Assembly (NCBI GenBank): GCA_022780515.1 | Contig: JALEUV010000024.1 | Location: 16,793 to 80,792 of the forward strand | Source of the DNA: Anaerococcus sp. | GTDB taxonomy: Bacteria; Bacillota; Clostridia; Tissierellales; Peptoniphilaceae | Reading direction: 5' to 3' | DNA: 64,000 nucleotides | In this document: in pieces, positions 52,919 through 61,994 of the stretch | How positions within the stretch are numbered: position 1 is the stretch's first letter | How the letters are laid out: every line of letters begins with the position of its first letter | Position numbers and translations under genes: made by a program | The notes under the pieces: model-generated | The model's input: the letters and a program-made list of their open reading frames with translations, nothing else | What the model was told of the DNA's origin: nothing | Databases searched by the model: none

Positions 52919-54142
52919 CTAATTATTCTTAGCTATTTCTTTTATAATCTCTACTATGGTTTCACTGGCGAGTTTTAGATGCTCTATTGGTATGAGTTCA
53001 TAGACTCCGTGGAAGTTCATTCCTCCAGTAAAGATGTTTGGGGTAGGAAGTCCCATAAAGGAAAGTTTTGATCCATCTGTACCACCACGGATTGGTTGTA
53101 TTATTGGTTTGATGTCGAGATTTTCCATAGCCTTTCTTGCATAGTCTACTATTTCCATCTTGTCAGCTATGACCTCTCCCATATTGTAGTAGGAGTCTTT
53201 CATTTCTATCCTAATAAGGTCGCTTCCATATTTTTTGTTTAGGAATTCGCCATAGGACTTGAATTCTTCCTTCATGGCTTCAAATTTGTCCCTATCATGC
53301 TCTCTAATTATATATTCTAGATGGGTATTTTCGATGTCACCCTTGATATTTAATAGGTGGAAGAAGCCCTCATAATTTTCAGTATGCTCTGGTCTTCTTA
53401 CATCGCCAAGGAGGCTATCAAACTCACGAGCCACTGTTATTGAGTTAATCATGGTGTTCTTTGCTGAACCTGGGTGGATTGACTTACCCTTGATGTAGAC
53501 ATCAGCACCAGCAGCATTAAAGGATTCATATTCTAGTTCCCCAAGGTTACCACCATCTACAGTGTAGGCAAAGTCAGCTCCAAATTCTTCAACTGGGAAG
53601 GTATCACAGCCTGTTCCAATTTCTTCATCAGGGGTAAAGGCTATGAGGACATCCCCATGCTCAATGTCAGGGTTATTTATTAGGTATTCGATAGCATTCA
53701 TAATTGATGCTATACCTGACTTATCATCAGCTCCTAGGAGGCTTTCTCCTCTGGTTGTTATTAGGGTTAGGCCTTCAAGCTTCTTAAGTATAGGGAATTC
53801 TTCAACTGTGATTGACCTTTCTTCGTTAAGTTTTATATCTCCACCCTCATACTTTATAATTTGTGGATCTTCTATCTTGCCATACATTTCTGGAGATGTA
53901 TCCATGTGGGAGAGGAATCCAACCCTAGGAAGTTTTTTGTCAGTATTGGCAGGTAGTTTAGAAAAGACAAAGCCCTCTTCATTGATTGATGCTTCTAGTC
54001 CAAGCTCTTCTAATTCCTTCTTTAGCTCCTTACCAAGGACTAGTTGACCATCAGTGGTAGGCTTTCTTTCTTCTGCCAAGGATGGATCACTAGTAGTTTC
54101 CATTGCAACATATTTTAAAAATCTTTCAATTATTTTATCCAT
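52919..54142 (-). CDS. pepT: Peptidase T
   Basis: SHMDT, LGADDK, PDEEIG, PIRGGTDG, NFHG..E; ATG at 54142 follows AGAAGG. Confidence 0.97.
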   Translation of the reverse strand: MDKIIERFLKYVAMETTSDPSLAEERKPTTDGQLVLGKELKKELEELGLEASINEEGFVFSKLPANTDKKLPRVGFLSHMDTSPEMYGKIEDPQIIKYEGGDIKLNEERSITVEEFPILKKLEGLTLITTRGESLLGADDKSGIASIMNAIEYLINNPDIEHGDVLIAFTPDEEIGTGCDTFPVEEFGADFAYTVDGGNLGELEYESFNAAGADVYIKGKSIHPGSAKNTMINSITVAREFDSLLGDVRRPEHTENYEGFFHLLNIKGDIENTHLEYIIREHDRDKFEAMKEEFKSYGEFLNKKYGSDLIRIEMKDSYYNMGEVIADKMEIVDYARKAMENLDIKPIIQPIRGGTDGSKLSFMGLPTPNIFTGGMNFHGVYELIPIEHLKLASETIVEIIKEIAKNN

Positions 54143-54394
54143 ATACACCTTCTTTCTTCTTATTATTATTATACTCTTACTAGGATAAAGAAAAGCTTTT
54201 TCTTCTAAGAAGATTTTTCTGGCATTTTAAATCTAGTACTTACAGATAAGTAAGGGGGACTTAACTTAAAAGTAGTAGGTGAATTTATTATTTTAAATCT
54301 TACAGTTCACGTGGGATTTATGTTAAAGTGATGCAGGTATAGACGGAGATTATAGAAAACTCAATGACTATGTATACAAGGTTAGGACAAGACC

Positions 54395-55890
54395 ATGACC
54401 ACCAAGAAGAGGAGTAAGGCTTACTGGGAGAAAAGAAGTGAGCAGCAGCTACTTGATTTACTAGACCAAGCAGATGAGGTCAAAGACAAGCTAGAGCGAT
54501 ATTATAGCAAGGCTATCAGATATATTAATCGAGATATAAAGACTCTATTTGGTAGATATATGACCGATAATGGCATAGATACAGATAAGGCTATGGGTCT
54601 ACTAAGTGGAAACGACTATAAAGAATGGCGATTTACAATGGAAGAGTATCTCCAACAGATAGAAGCTACAGGCAACAAGGCTCTTTTACTAAAGCTTAAT
54701 ACCTTGACTATGAGAAAGAGGATTACAAGGCTTTTAGCTTTAAGGGCTGGAATTTTAGCTATTTCCGCTATACTAGCCCAGATTGAAGATGAACAAGTGG
54801 GCGACTTTTTAGAGAAAGGGCTTACAGATACCTATTATAGGACAATGTATGACGAATACAGAGATGAAAACCCTGAAGCTATACTTTTTTAACTGAAGAG
54901 CATAAAGTAAAACCGTCTAAGGACAATATAAAGGCGATTTTAACTAATCCTTGGTCAGGCAGTAATTACAGTGAAAATATCTGGACTAACTCCTACCTCA
55001 TAGCTAAGAGAGCCGAGCAAGCTATAACTAAAAATATCATAGCTGGTAAGTCAATCAATAACCTAATTAATGAATTAGAAAGGGTCTATGGGAATAAGCA
55101 TAGGGCTAATATAAAAAGGCTCTTAAGGACTGAAACAGCCTATATAAAGGGGCAAGGTGATATCCTAGCCTATAAGAAGCTAAAGGTTGAGGAATACGAG
55201 ATACTGGCAACCCTTGATAATAGGACAAGCTCTATATGTAGGAGTAAAGATGGCAAGCATTACCCGATAGATGAAGCTACAGTAGGAGAAAACTATCCAC
55301 CCTTCCACCCTAATTGTAGGACTACTACTATAAAATATATAGCCAATCAAGAGAAAAGGGCTAAAAGAACTAGACTTGCTAGAGATAAAAACGGTAAGAA
55401 TGTAAAAGTCCCGCTTGGAATGAAGTATGAAGACTGGAAAAAGTGGGTTAAAAACCAAGAATTGGGGTATATTAAGAATAAAGAAAATCTTTTAAAAATT
55501 TCTCCAAATTCATCTTTAGAAATAATTAATAGGGTGAAAAATGGAGAAATAAAGTTAAATTCTAATCGTGGCCATTATGAAAAACACGTGGCTGGGACTA
55601 AACAATACGAAAAATACTTAAATAATAGAAAAAATAGAGGATGGGGACCACAGAACAGATTGACTATATCTGAAGACGAGGTTCAAGAAATTATTAATAA
55701 TTTTCATGGTAAAGGAATTGTTTATCATGGTAAAAACAATAATAAAAAGTGGTTTGAAGAAGTAAATGTAGGAAAAACTATTGGATACTATTATTTAGAT
55801 GGCAAAGAGCGTCCAACTAGCAAGATAAGAATTTATTACGGTAATAAAGGAACTCATATTGTACCGATAAGGGGTGATGATTTTGATTGA
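54395..55890 (+). pseudogene. MuF/SPP1 gp7-like minor head protein with C-terminal Ntox50-like toxin domain, broken by a 1-nt frameshift at T6 (54885-54890)
   Basis: N-part YWEKR (54395-54892); -1 frame open 54889-55890 with PWSG..YS..IW, RL.RTE, ATLD.RTS.IC, YPPFHPNCR, then toxin motifs EKH..G and YGNKGTHIVP. Confidence 0.85.
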
Positions 55891-56089
55891 TTGGAAAAAA
55901 GCGGAAAATGCTAGAAAAATAAAAATAGAATTATATGACGGTCAAGAAATATTAGCATCTGGTAATGGTCTGGAAATCGGAGAAGATATTGGCGAAGAAG
56001 ACGATATGTTTTTTGTCAGAACTAAAGAAGGACCAGATGTGATTTCGGTATCGACTATTAAGAATATAGAAATTTTAAGCTTAAATTAG
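55874..56089 (+). CDS. Putative cognate immunity protein
   Basis: Small acidic ORF overlapping the toxin stop; K.....DG....G...IKNIEI pattern; exact start uncertain. Confidence 0.65.
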   Translation: MMILIDWKKAENARKIKIELYDGQEILASGNGLEIGEDIGEEDDMFFVRTKEGPDVISVSTIKNIEILSLN

Positions 56090-56124
56090 CACAACTAGCA
56101 GAATTATGTTAGATGTGCTTTTTT
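56088..56124 (+). terminator. Phage moron-type terminator
   Basis: AGCACA.CTAGCA...TGTTAG.TGTGCT followed by TTTTT. Confidence 0.7.
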
Positions 56125-56144
56125 AGTACAAAAAAGGAGTAAAT

Positions 56145-56411
56145 ATGGATAGTTATAAATTTCAAAAAGCTTGTAAAGAATGGTTAATTGCGTATTACAA
56201 GGAAAATTTCAAGAAGGATATTAGTATTGAAGATATATTTGTCGTTTGGTCTTGCAAAATTCTACAAAATAATAAAATACTAATTTCTACAACTCTTTTA
56301 GATGGGATATATGTAGAATGTACACAAAATGGAGATAAGCAAGAAACATATTTTGACATCTATAAAAAGCAAAAAAATATTATGTTTAGTAATGGAGAAT
56401 TATTCGGTTAA
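56145..56411 (+). CDS. DUF6275-like phage protein
   Basis: FVVWSCK.LQNNK.L.STT..DG.Y.E.T.NGDK.E.Y.D.YKK; AAGGAG RBS. Confidence 0.8.
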   Translation: MDSYKFQKACKEWLIAYYKENFKKDISIEDIFVVWSCKILQNNKILISTTLLDGIYVECTQNGDKQETYFDIYKKQKNIMFSNGELFG

Positions 56412-56453
56412 TCGTGAGAAAAAACACACAAAACAAGTAAATATCAAGGAATT

Positions 56454-56483
56454 AATCGTGCGGAAATCGTGCGATTTTTTATT
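56454..56483 (+). terminator. Terminator-like hairpin after DUF6275
   Basis: AATCGTGCG-GAAAT-CGTGCGATT followed by TTTTATT. Confidence 0.6.
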
Positions 56484-56552
56484 GTCTTTGACTCACTCGA
56501 CGTTAAAGAAGTGTGGAATATACAGTCATACGGACTTTAAATGGGAGGGAAT

Positions 56553-57047
56553 ATGAAAGATTTATTTTTAAGCGATATTGATTTGCAAAGACTAGCAGAG
56601 GAAAGCACAGACAACGCAAGTCAAGACCAAGGTACAGACCCTACTAATTCTGGTGATGATAAGAACGGGCAAGAAGAAAAAGAGTATTTGAAGATTACCC
56701 AAGAAGAATTAAACAACATGTTTGATAAAAGGCTAAAAAGACAAGAGGACAAGCTAACCAAACAGTTTGAAGAAAGAAGAGCCGAAGAAATTAGACAATC
56801 AAAGCTAACTCAGGCTGAAAAAGAAGCTGAGGAGAGGGAAAAGAAAGATAAGGAACTAGCAGAGGCTAAGGAAACTATAAGGCTGATGAAGCTATCTAAT
56901 GATACTAGCGATTTATTGAGTAAAGAAGATATATCCCAAGACTTTAAAAGCTTTTTAATGGGAGATAACCTAGAGGACACTATCAAGAATGTAGACAATT
57001 TCAAAAAGGTCTTTAATCATAGCAGAAAGAGCTGGACTACACGCTAG
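56553..57047 (+). CDS. Phage head scaffold protein (DUF4355-like), C-terminus altered by deletion
   Basis: GGGAGG RBS; N-terminal DLQRL|AE, acidic linker, TQEELN, coiled coil; ends abruptly where capsid-like sequence begins in another frame. Confidence 0.75.
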   Translation: MKDLFLSDIDLQRLAEESTDNASQDQGTDPTNSGDDKNGQEEKEYLKITQEELNNMFDKRLKRQEDKLTKQFEERRAEEIRQSKLTQAEKEAEEREKKDKELAEAKETIRLMKLSNDTSDLLSKEDISQDFKSFLMGDNLEDTIKNVDNFKKVFNHSRKSWTTR

Positions 57048-57309
57048 AAAATGGGTTGAATACCTCAATCAATATATGGCTAAGGTTCTAAACGATAACG
57101 CTGGTAAGACCCTAACAACTATCCTAGACGGAGATAGCATTAACAAGCTATTCTTTGAAGCTAGAAAGGAATTTATCAACAAAAAGATATCTACTAACCT
57201 AGCTTGGAATGCTTATGTAACTGCTGATGTATTCAATACCCTAGTGGACTCAGTTTATACCGTGCAAGGCAAGGGCTCAGCAATTAATATTTCATTCTTT
57301 GGGTTTTAA
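57016..57309 (+). pseudogene. Internal fragment of a phage major capsid gene
   Basis: IAERAGLHARKW..YLN..MAK.L.DNA..TL...LD.DS..KLF..A.K.F.N......W.AYV..DVFN.LVDS resembles the middle of streptococcal siphophage capsids; both ends missing. Confidence 0.65.
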
Positions 57310-57382
57310 GATATGATGTTCTTATAATAATAATAAGTATAATGGTATAAAGGACTTTACTTTTATTTAGAAGGAGGTAATT

Positions 57383-59152
57383 ATGACTATAAATGATAGA
57401 CTAGAAAAGCTAAGAAAATTGATGAGTGATAGGAAGATTGATGCCTATATCGTTCCAACATCTGATCCTCATCAAAGTGAGTATATATCTGACTACTACA
57501 AGACTAGGGAGTTTATTTCTGGTTTTACGGGTTCTGCAGGAACTGCCCTTATTACTATGGATGAGGCCTTGTTGTGGACTGATTCAAGGTATTTCTTGCA
57601 AGCAAGCGAGGAGCTTAAGGCAGGTAGCTTCAAGCTAATGAAGATGGGTGTGGAAGGAGTACCTACCCTTTTAGAGTATTTGGATGAAAATGTTTCTGAG
57701 TTTGGGAAAATTGCTTTTGATGGAAACACCTACTCAGTAAAGGGTTACAAGGACCTAAGTGATAATATCGGATCTAGGATACTAGTAAGTGATGTAGACT
57801 ATATTTCTGATATTTGGGAAGATAGACCAGAGCTCCCAAAGGAACCTGTATGGATTATGGAAGAAGAATACACAGGAGAGAGCCTAGAGGACAGGCTTGT
57901 TAGGATAAGAGAAATCATGGAAGAAAATTCTTATGACTATGTTTTCTTGGGTGCTCCAGAAGATATCTGCTACCTGCTAAATATCAGGGGTAACGATGTT
58001 GAGTACAACCAAGTTGTCCTATCTTATGTATTAATCGGTAAAGACAGCCTAGATTTATGTATAGATGAGGATAAACTTTCTGATGAAGTACGCGATTATT
58101 TAGAAGCTAAGGGTGTTAAGATCCATTCCTACCAAGGCATCTATAAACTTTTGTCAAATATATCTGGCAAGAGCAGGATCTTCCTTGATCCAGAAAGAAC
58201 CAACGTATCAATCTATGATGCCATCAACTCCAATGTCAAAATTTCCCAAGGAGTAAATATAACAACTTGGATGAAGGCCATAAAGACTGATAAAGAAATC
58301 GAGAATGTCAAGAAAGCCTACATCAAGGATGGAGTTGCCCTTGTTAAATTCTTCAATTGGCTAGAAGTAGGGGCAAAGACTGGATCTCTTAATGAACTTC
58401 TAGCTAGTAACAAGCTCCACGATATTAGAAGTGAAGATGAGACCTTTATAGAAGAATCCTTTGAGACAATAGCAGGATATAAGGAAAATGCGGCTATAGT
58501 TCACTACGCTCCAAAGGCATCAGGATCCAAAACTATAAGGGATAGGGGACTAATTCTTGTCGATTCAGGAGCCCACTACAGGGAAGGTACTACAGATATC
58601 ACAAGGACTATTGCCCTAGGGGACCTTAATGAAAATGAAAAAATTGACTACACCCTAGTCCTTAAATCCTTCCTAAGCCTATTCTTAGCTCGTTTCAAGG
58701 ATAAAACTACAGGGGCAAGGCTTGATGCTATTGCCAAGTATCCATTATGGAATGCCGGTAAGGACTTTTTCCATGGCACAGGTCATGGAGTTGGCTTTGT
58801 CCTTACAGTTCACGAAGGTCCACAAAGAATAGCTAATGGGGACAAGTGTGAATTTGTTGAGAATATGACTACATCAATCGAACCAGGTCTTTATATCGAG
58901 GGAAGCCATGGAATTAGGATAGAAAACGAAGCCTATGTAAAGAGGGCCTTTGAGAATGAATTTGGTAAATTTAACCAATTTGAAACATTGACCTACTTGC
59001 CAATAGATACCAGACCAGTTAAAGTTGATATGTTAACTAGGGATGAGATTGAATGGCTAAACAACTATAACAAGGAAACTTATGAAAAATTATCTCCATA
59101 CCTAGAAGGGGAAAATTTGGAATATTTGAAAGAGAGCTGTAAAGAAATTTGA
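57383..59152 (+). CDS. pepP: Xaa-Pro aminopeptidase (M24)
   Basis: SDPHQSEY, SGFTGSAG, DSG.HY..GTTDITRT, HGTGHGVG, HEGP, EPG, GIRIEN. Confidence 0.95.
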   Translation: MTINDRLEKLRKLMSDRKIDAYIVPTSDPHQSEYISDYYKTREFISGFTGSAGTALITMDEALLWTDSRYFLQASEELKAGSFKLMKMGVEGVPTLLEYLDENVSEFGKIAFDGNTYSVKGYKDLSDNIGSRILVSDVDYISDIWEDRPELPKEPVWIMEEEYTGESLEDRLVRIREIMEENSYDYVFLGAPEDICYLLNIRGNDVEYNQVVLSYVLIGKDSLDLCIDEDKLSDEVRDYLEAKGVKIHSYQGIYKLLSNISGKSRIFLDPERTNVSIYDAINSNVKISQGVNITTWMKAIKTDKEIENVKKAYIKDGVALVKFFNWLEVGAKTGSLNELLASNKLHDIRSEDETFIEESFETIAGYKENAAIVHYAPKASGSKTIRDRGLILVDSGAHYREGTTDITRTIALGDLNENEKIDYTLVLKSFLSLFLARFKDKTTGARLDAIAKYPLWNAGKDFFHGTGHGVGFVLTVHEGPQRIANGDKCEFVENMTTSIEPGLYIEGSHGIRIENEAYVKRAFENEFGKFNQFETLTYLPIDTRPVKVDMLTRDEIEWLNNYNKETYEKLSPYLEGENLEYLKESCKEI

Positions 59153-60999
59153 CCAAATTAGAGATTAAAGAGAAATTAAAAGAACTACCCAACCTGCCAG
59201 GTGTTTATATAATGAGAAATGCCGATGATGAAATAATTTATGTCGGCAAGGCCATCAATTTAAAAAATAGGGTGAGTCAATATTTTGATAATAGCAAAAA
59301 CAAGGGGGCCAAGGTAGTAGCCATGGTATCCCATATTGACCATTTTGAGTATATCATTGTTCAAAATGAGGTAGAGGCCCTAGTTCTTGAAAGCAATTTA
59401 ATCAAAAAAAACAGACCAAAATACAATATTGTCCTAAGGGATGATAAGCAATATCCCTATATCAAAATTATAAGAGAAAAATTTCCTAGGATCCAAAAGG
59501 TAAGAAGGATTGTAAACGATAAGTCAGACTACTTTGGTCCTTATCCAGATGCCTATGCCGTAAATGATGCCATAGAGCTTTTCCACCTCTACTATCCCTT
59601 TAGGACCTGTAATCTAAACTTTGATAAGGAAGTAAGACTTGATAGACCCTGTCTAAATTACTTTATCAAAAAATGTAAAGCACCCTGTGTAGATAGGGAA
59701 GACGAAGGGACTTATATGGACCATATAGGGGATGTTAAAAGTTTCTTAGAAAATAAGTCCGATAAGATATCAAATTGGGTTCTAGAGAAAATGAATAAAG
59801 AAAGCAAGGCCTTAAACTTTGAATTGGCAGCCAAATACAGGGACTACTATAGGGCCTTGTCGACCTTAAGGGAGAGGCAAAATGTATCCGAGACCAAGGA
59901 AGACGACTTGGATATCATCGGATTATCTAAGGGGATAAATGCTGTTATAATTCAAGTGTTTTTTATGAGGTCTGGCAAGATTGTAGATAGGGAACACTTT
60001 ATAATAAAAAACGATTATCTAGAATCAGATGCTGACATAATGGCGTCCTTTGTCAAGCAATTTTACCTGGACATAATGTATATACCAAAGGAAATTCTTG
60101 TCCAAAACCTACCATCTGACCTTGACTCTATTAATAAATTCCTCACCAAGAAAAGCGGCAGGAAGGTAAGTCTTATTGAGCCTAAGCTTGGTAGGAAGAG
60201 GGAGCTTGTTGATATGGCCATGAGAAATGCCATGGATATGAGGATTAAATATGATAATAGGGTCAAAAGAAAGGAAAGGAAAAAGTCTTCTGGCATAAAA
60301 CAGCTTACTGAAATTTTAAACCTAGACAATATCCATAGGATAGAAGCCTACGATATTTCTAATACATCCGGTGTCCAAAGTGTAGGATCCATGGTGGTCT
60401 TTGAGGATGGAATTCCTTCACCCAAGGAATATAGGAAGTTTAAGATAAAAAGTGTAGAAGGACCCAACGACTATGCCTCTCACAAAGAAATCCTAACTAG
60501 GAGGTTGAAAAGAGGCAAGGAAGAAGCTGCTAAGGGCAATACTACTACAGGTTTTGGCTACTTACCAGACCTTATACTAATGGATGGGGGCAAGGGTCAA
60601 GTTAATATTGCTATAGATGTTTTGAAGGAAGTAGGACTTGACATAGAGGTGGCAGGACTTGTTAAGGATAATAAGCACATGACAAGGGGCATTATCTACA
60701 ATAACCAAGAAATCTCTATCAATAGGCGCGACCCTGTCTATAAGCTTATTTACGAAATCCAAGAAGAAGCCCATAGGTTTGCTATAAATTACCATAGGAA
60801 GCTTATGCAAGATACCGTCAAGACTTCAGAGCTTGATAATATAAAGGGAGTAGGCAAGAAGACTAAGAAAAACCTACTAAACCATTTTAAAACAATTTCA
60901 AATATAAAAAAGGCCAGTGTAGAAGATCTTTTAGAAGTAGATCTAATAGGCAAAAAACAGGCCTTAGAAATATACAAATACTTTAAACTGAAAGGATAA
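59149..60999 (+). CDS. uvrC: Excinuclease ABC subunit C
   Basis: PGVY, IYVGKA.NLK.RV, RIEAYDISN, DGGKGQ, HhH; TTG start. Confidence 0.97.
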   Translation: MTKLEIKEKLKELPNLPGVYIMRNADDEIIYVGKAINLKNRVSQYFDNSKNKGAKVVAMVSHIDHFEYIIVQNEVEALVLESNLIKKNRPKYNIVLRDDKQYPYIKIIREKFPRIQKVRRIVNDKSDYFGPYPDAYAVNDAIELFHLYYPFRTCNLNFDKEVRLDRPCLNYFIKKCKAPCVDREDEGTYMDHIGDVKSFLENKSDKISNWVLEKMNKESKALNFELAAKYRDYYRALSTLRERQNVSETKEDDLDIIGLSKGINAVIIQVFFMRSGKIVDREHFIIKNDYLESDADIMASFVKQFYLDIMYIPKEILVQNLPSDLDSINKFLTKKSGRKVSLIEPKLGRKRELVDMAMRNAMDMRIKYDNRVKRKERKKSSGIKQLTEILNLDNIHRIEAYDISNTSGVQSVGSMVVFEDGIPSPKEYRKFKIKSVEGPNDYASHKEILTRRLKRGKEEAAKGNTTTGFGYLPDLILMDGGKGQVNIAIDVLKEVGLDIEVAGLVKDNKHMTRGIIYNNQEISINRRDPVYKLIYEIQEEAHRFAINYHRKLMQDTVKTSELDNIKGVGKKTKKNLLNHFKTISNIKKASVEDLLEVDLIGKKQALEIYKYFKLKG

Positions 61000-61001
61000 G
61001 T

Positions 61002-61994
61002 ATGGCTGATAGCAAGAATATAGAAGATATAAGTGATCAAATAGATGTGGAAGCCAGGAGTGGATCTACCAATAAGACTGCAAAACTATCAACTATTGTA
61101 GAAAATTTAGATCTAGAAATAATTCACAAGGCATCAGACTTTGACCAAGTCGAACTTAGGAGTGCCGAGATAAATAGACCAGGTCTACAACTTACAGGAT
61201 ACCTCGAGAAATTCCCTCATGATAGAATCCAGGTTATAGGCAGTGCAGAATATGCCTACCTCGTTAGCCTAGATTCTAGGATGCAGTATGAGAGATTTAG
61301 GGGGATCTTATCCTACAAACTTCCTGCAATTATATTTTCCTACAACAAGTTTATTAAGCAGGATATAGTAGACCTATGTGATTATTATGATGTAACCCTC
61401 CTTAGGTCACCTCAAAGTTCAACCAGGCTAATATCAGATCTCTCAAATGAGATAGAATTTCACCTGGCACCTACTACAAATGTCCATGGAGAACTCATAG
61501 AAGTATATGGTATGGGAGTCTTACTTATTGGCAAGTCCTCTGTTGGTAAGAGTGAAACGGCCCTAGACCTAATTAATAGGGGCCACAGGCTTATAGCAGA
61601 TGATATGGTAGACATAATTGCCTACAACAACAAGCTTACTGGAACATCTCCGGATAATATAAGGCACTATATGGAACTAAGGGGAATGGGGATCATAAAT
61701 ATCAGAAAACTTTATGGATCTGGTGCCGTAAAGGTAAGCACAGATATAGACCTAGTTATAGAGCTTGAACAATGGAATGAAGACTACGAATACGATAGAC
61801 TTGGCCTAGATGAGCATTATATAGAAATCCTAAATATCAAAGTACCTTACATGCTTGTTCCAGTTAGGGCTGGTAGGAATCTTGCCCTTATAGTTGAAGT
61901 AGCGGCTATGAACCAAAGGGAAAAATTTATGGGCTATAATGCTGCCAAGGATTTGACAGATAATATATTTAGAAAGATAAACAATGACTTTTAA
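61002..61994 (+). CDS. hprK: HPr kinase/phosphorylase
   Basis: INRPGLQLTG, GKSETA, GHRLIADD, ELRG.GII, GRNLA. Confidence 0.96.
   Translation: MADSKNIEDISDQIDVEARSGSTNKTAKLSTIVENLDLEIIHKASDFDQVELRSAEINRPGLQLTGYLEKFPHDRIQVIGSAEYAYLVSLDSRMQYERFRGILSYKLPAIIFSYNKFIKQDIVDLCDYYDVTLLRSPQSSTRLISDLSNEIEFHLAPTTNVHGELIEVYGMGVLLIGKSSVGKSETALDLINRGHRLIADDMVDIIAYNNKLTGTSPDNIRHYMELRGMGIINIRKLYGSGAVKVSTDIDLVIELEQWNEDYEYDRLGLDEHYIEILNIKVPYMLVPVRAGRNLALIVEVAAMNQREKFMGYNAAKDLTDNIFRKINNDF

Larger units (their letters stand above)
54340..57309 (+). mobile_element. Decayed prophage head-module remnant (no integrase, terminase or tail genes)
   Basis: Gene order: possible portal tail, MuF, small genes, scaffold, capsid fragment; includes a frameshift and deletions; boundaries approximate. 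Confidence 0.85.

Noticed and set aside
54885-54891. T TTT TTA heptamer as a classical tandem -1 ribosomal frameshift site
   Set aside because: It is not in phase with the upstream ORF (codons CTT TTT TAA), so the canonical X XXY YYZ mechanism does not apply.
57031-57050. GLHAR in the capsid fragment, identical to the HPr active-site peptide
   Set aside because: Five-residue match inside a capsid-like context; chance.
54159-57337. Perfect 15-bp inverted repeat (TATAATAATAATAAG at 57323-57337, reverse complement at 54159-54173) flanking the phage remnant, resembling terminal inverted repeats
   Set aside because: Low-complexity (TAA)n sequence that coincides with the -10 regions of the divergent pepT and pepP genes; no transposase or target-site duplication.
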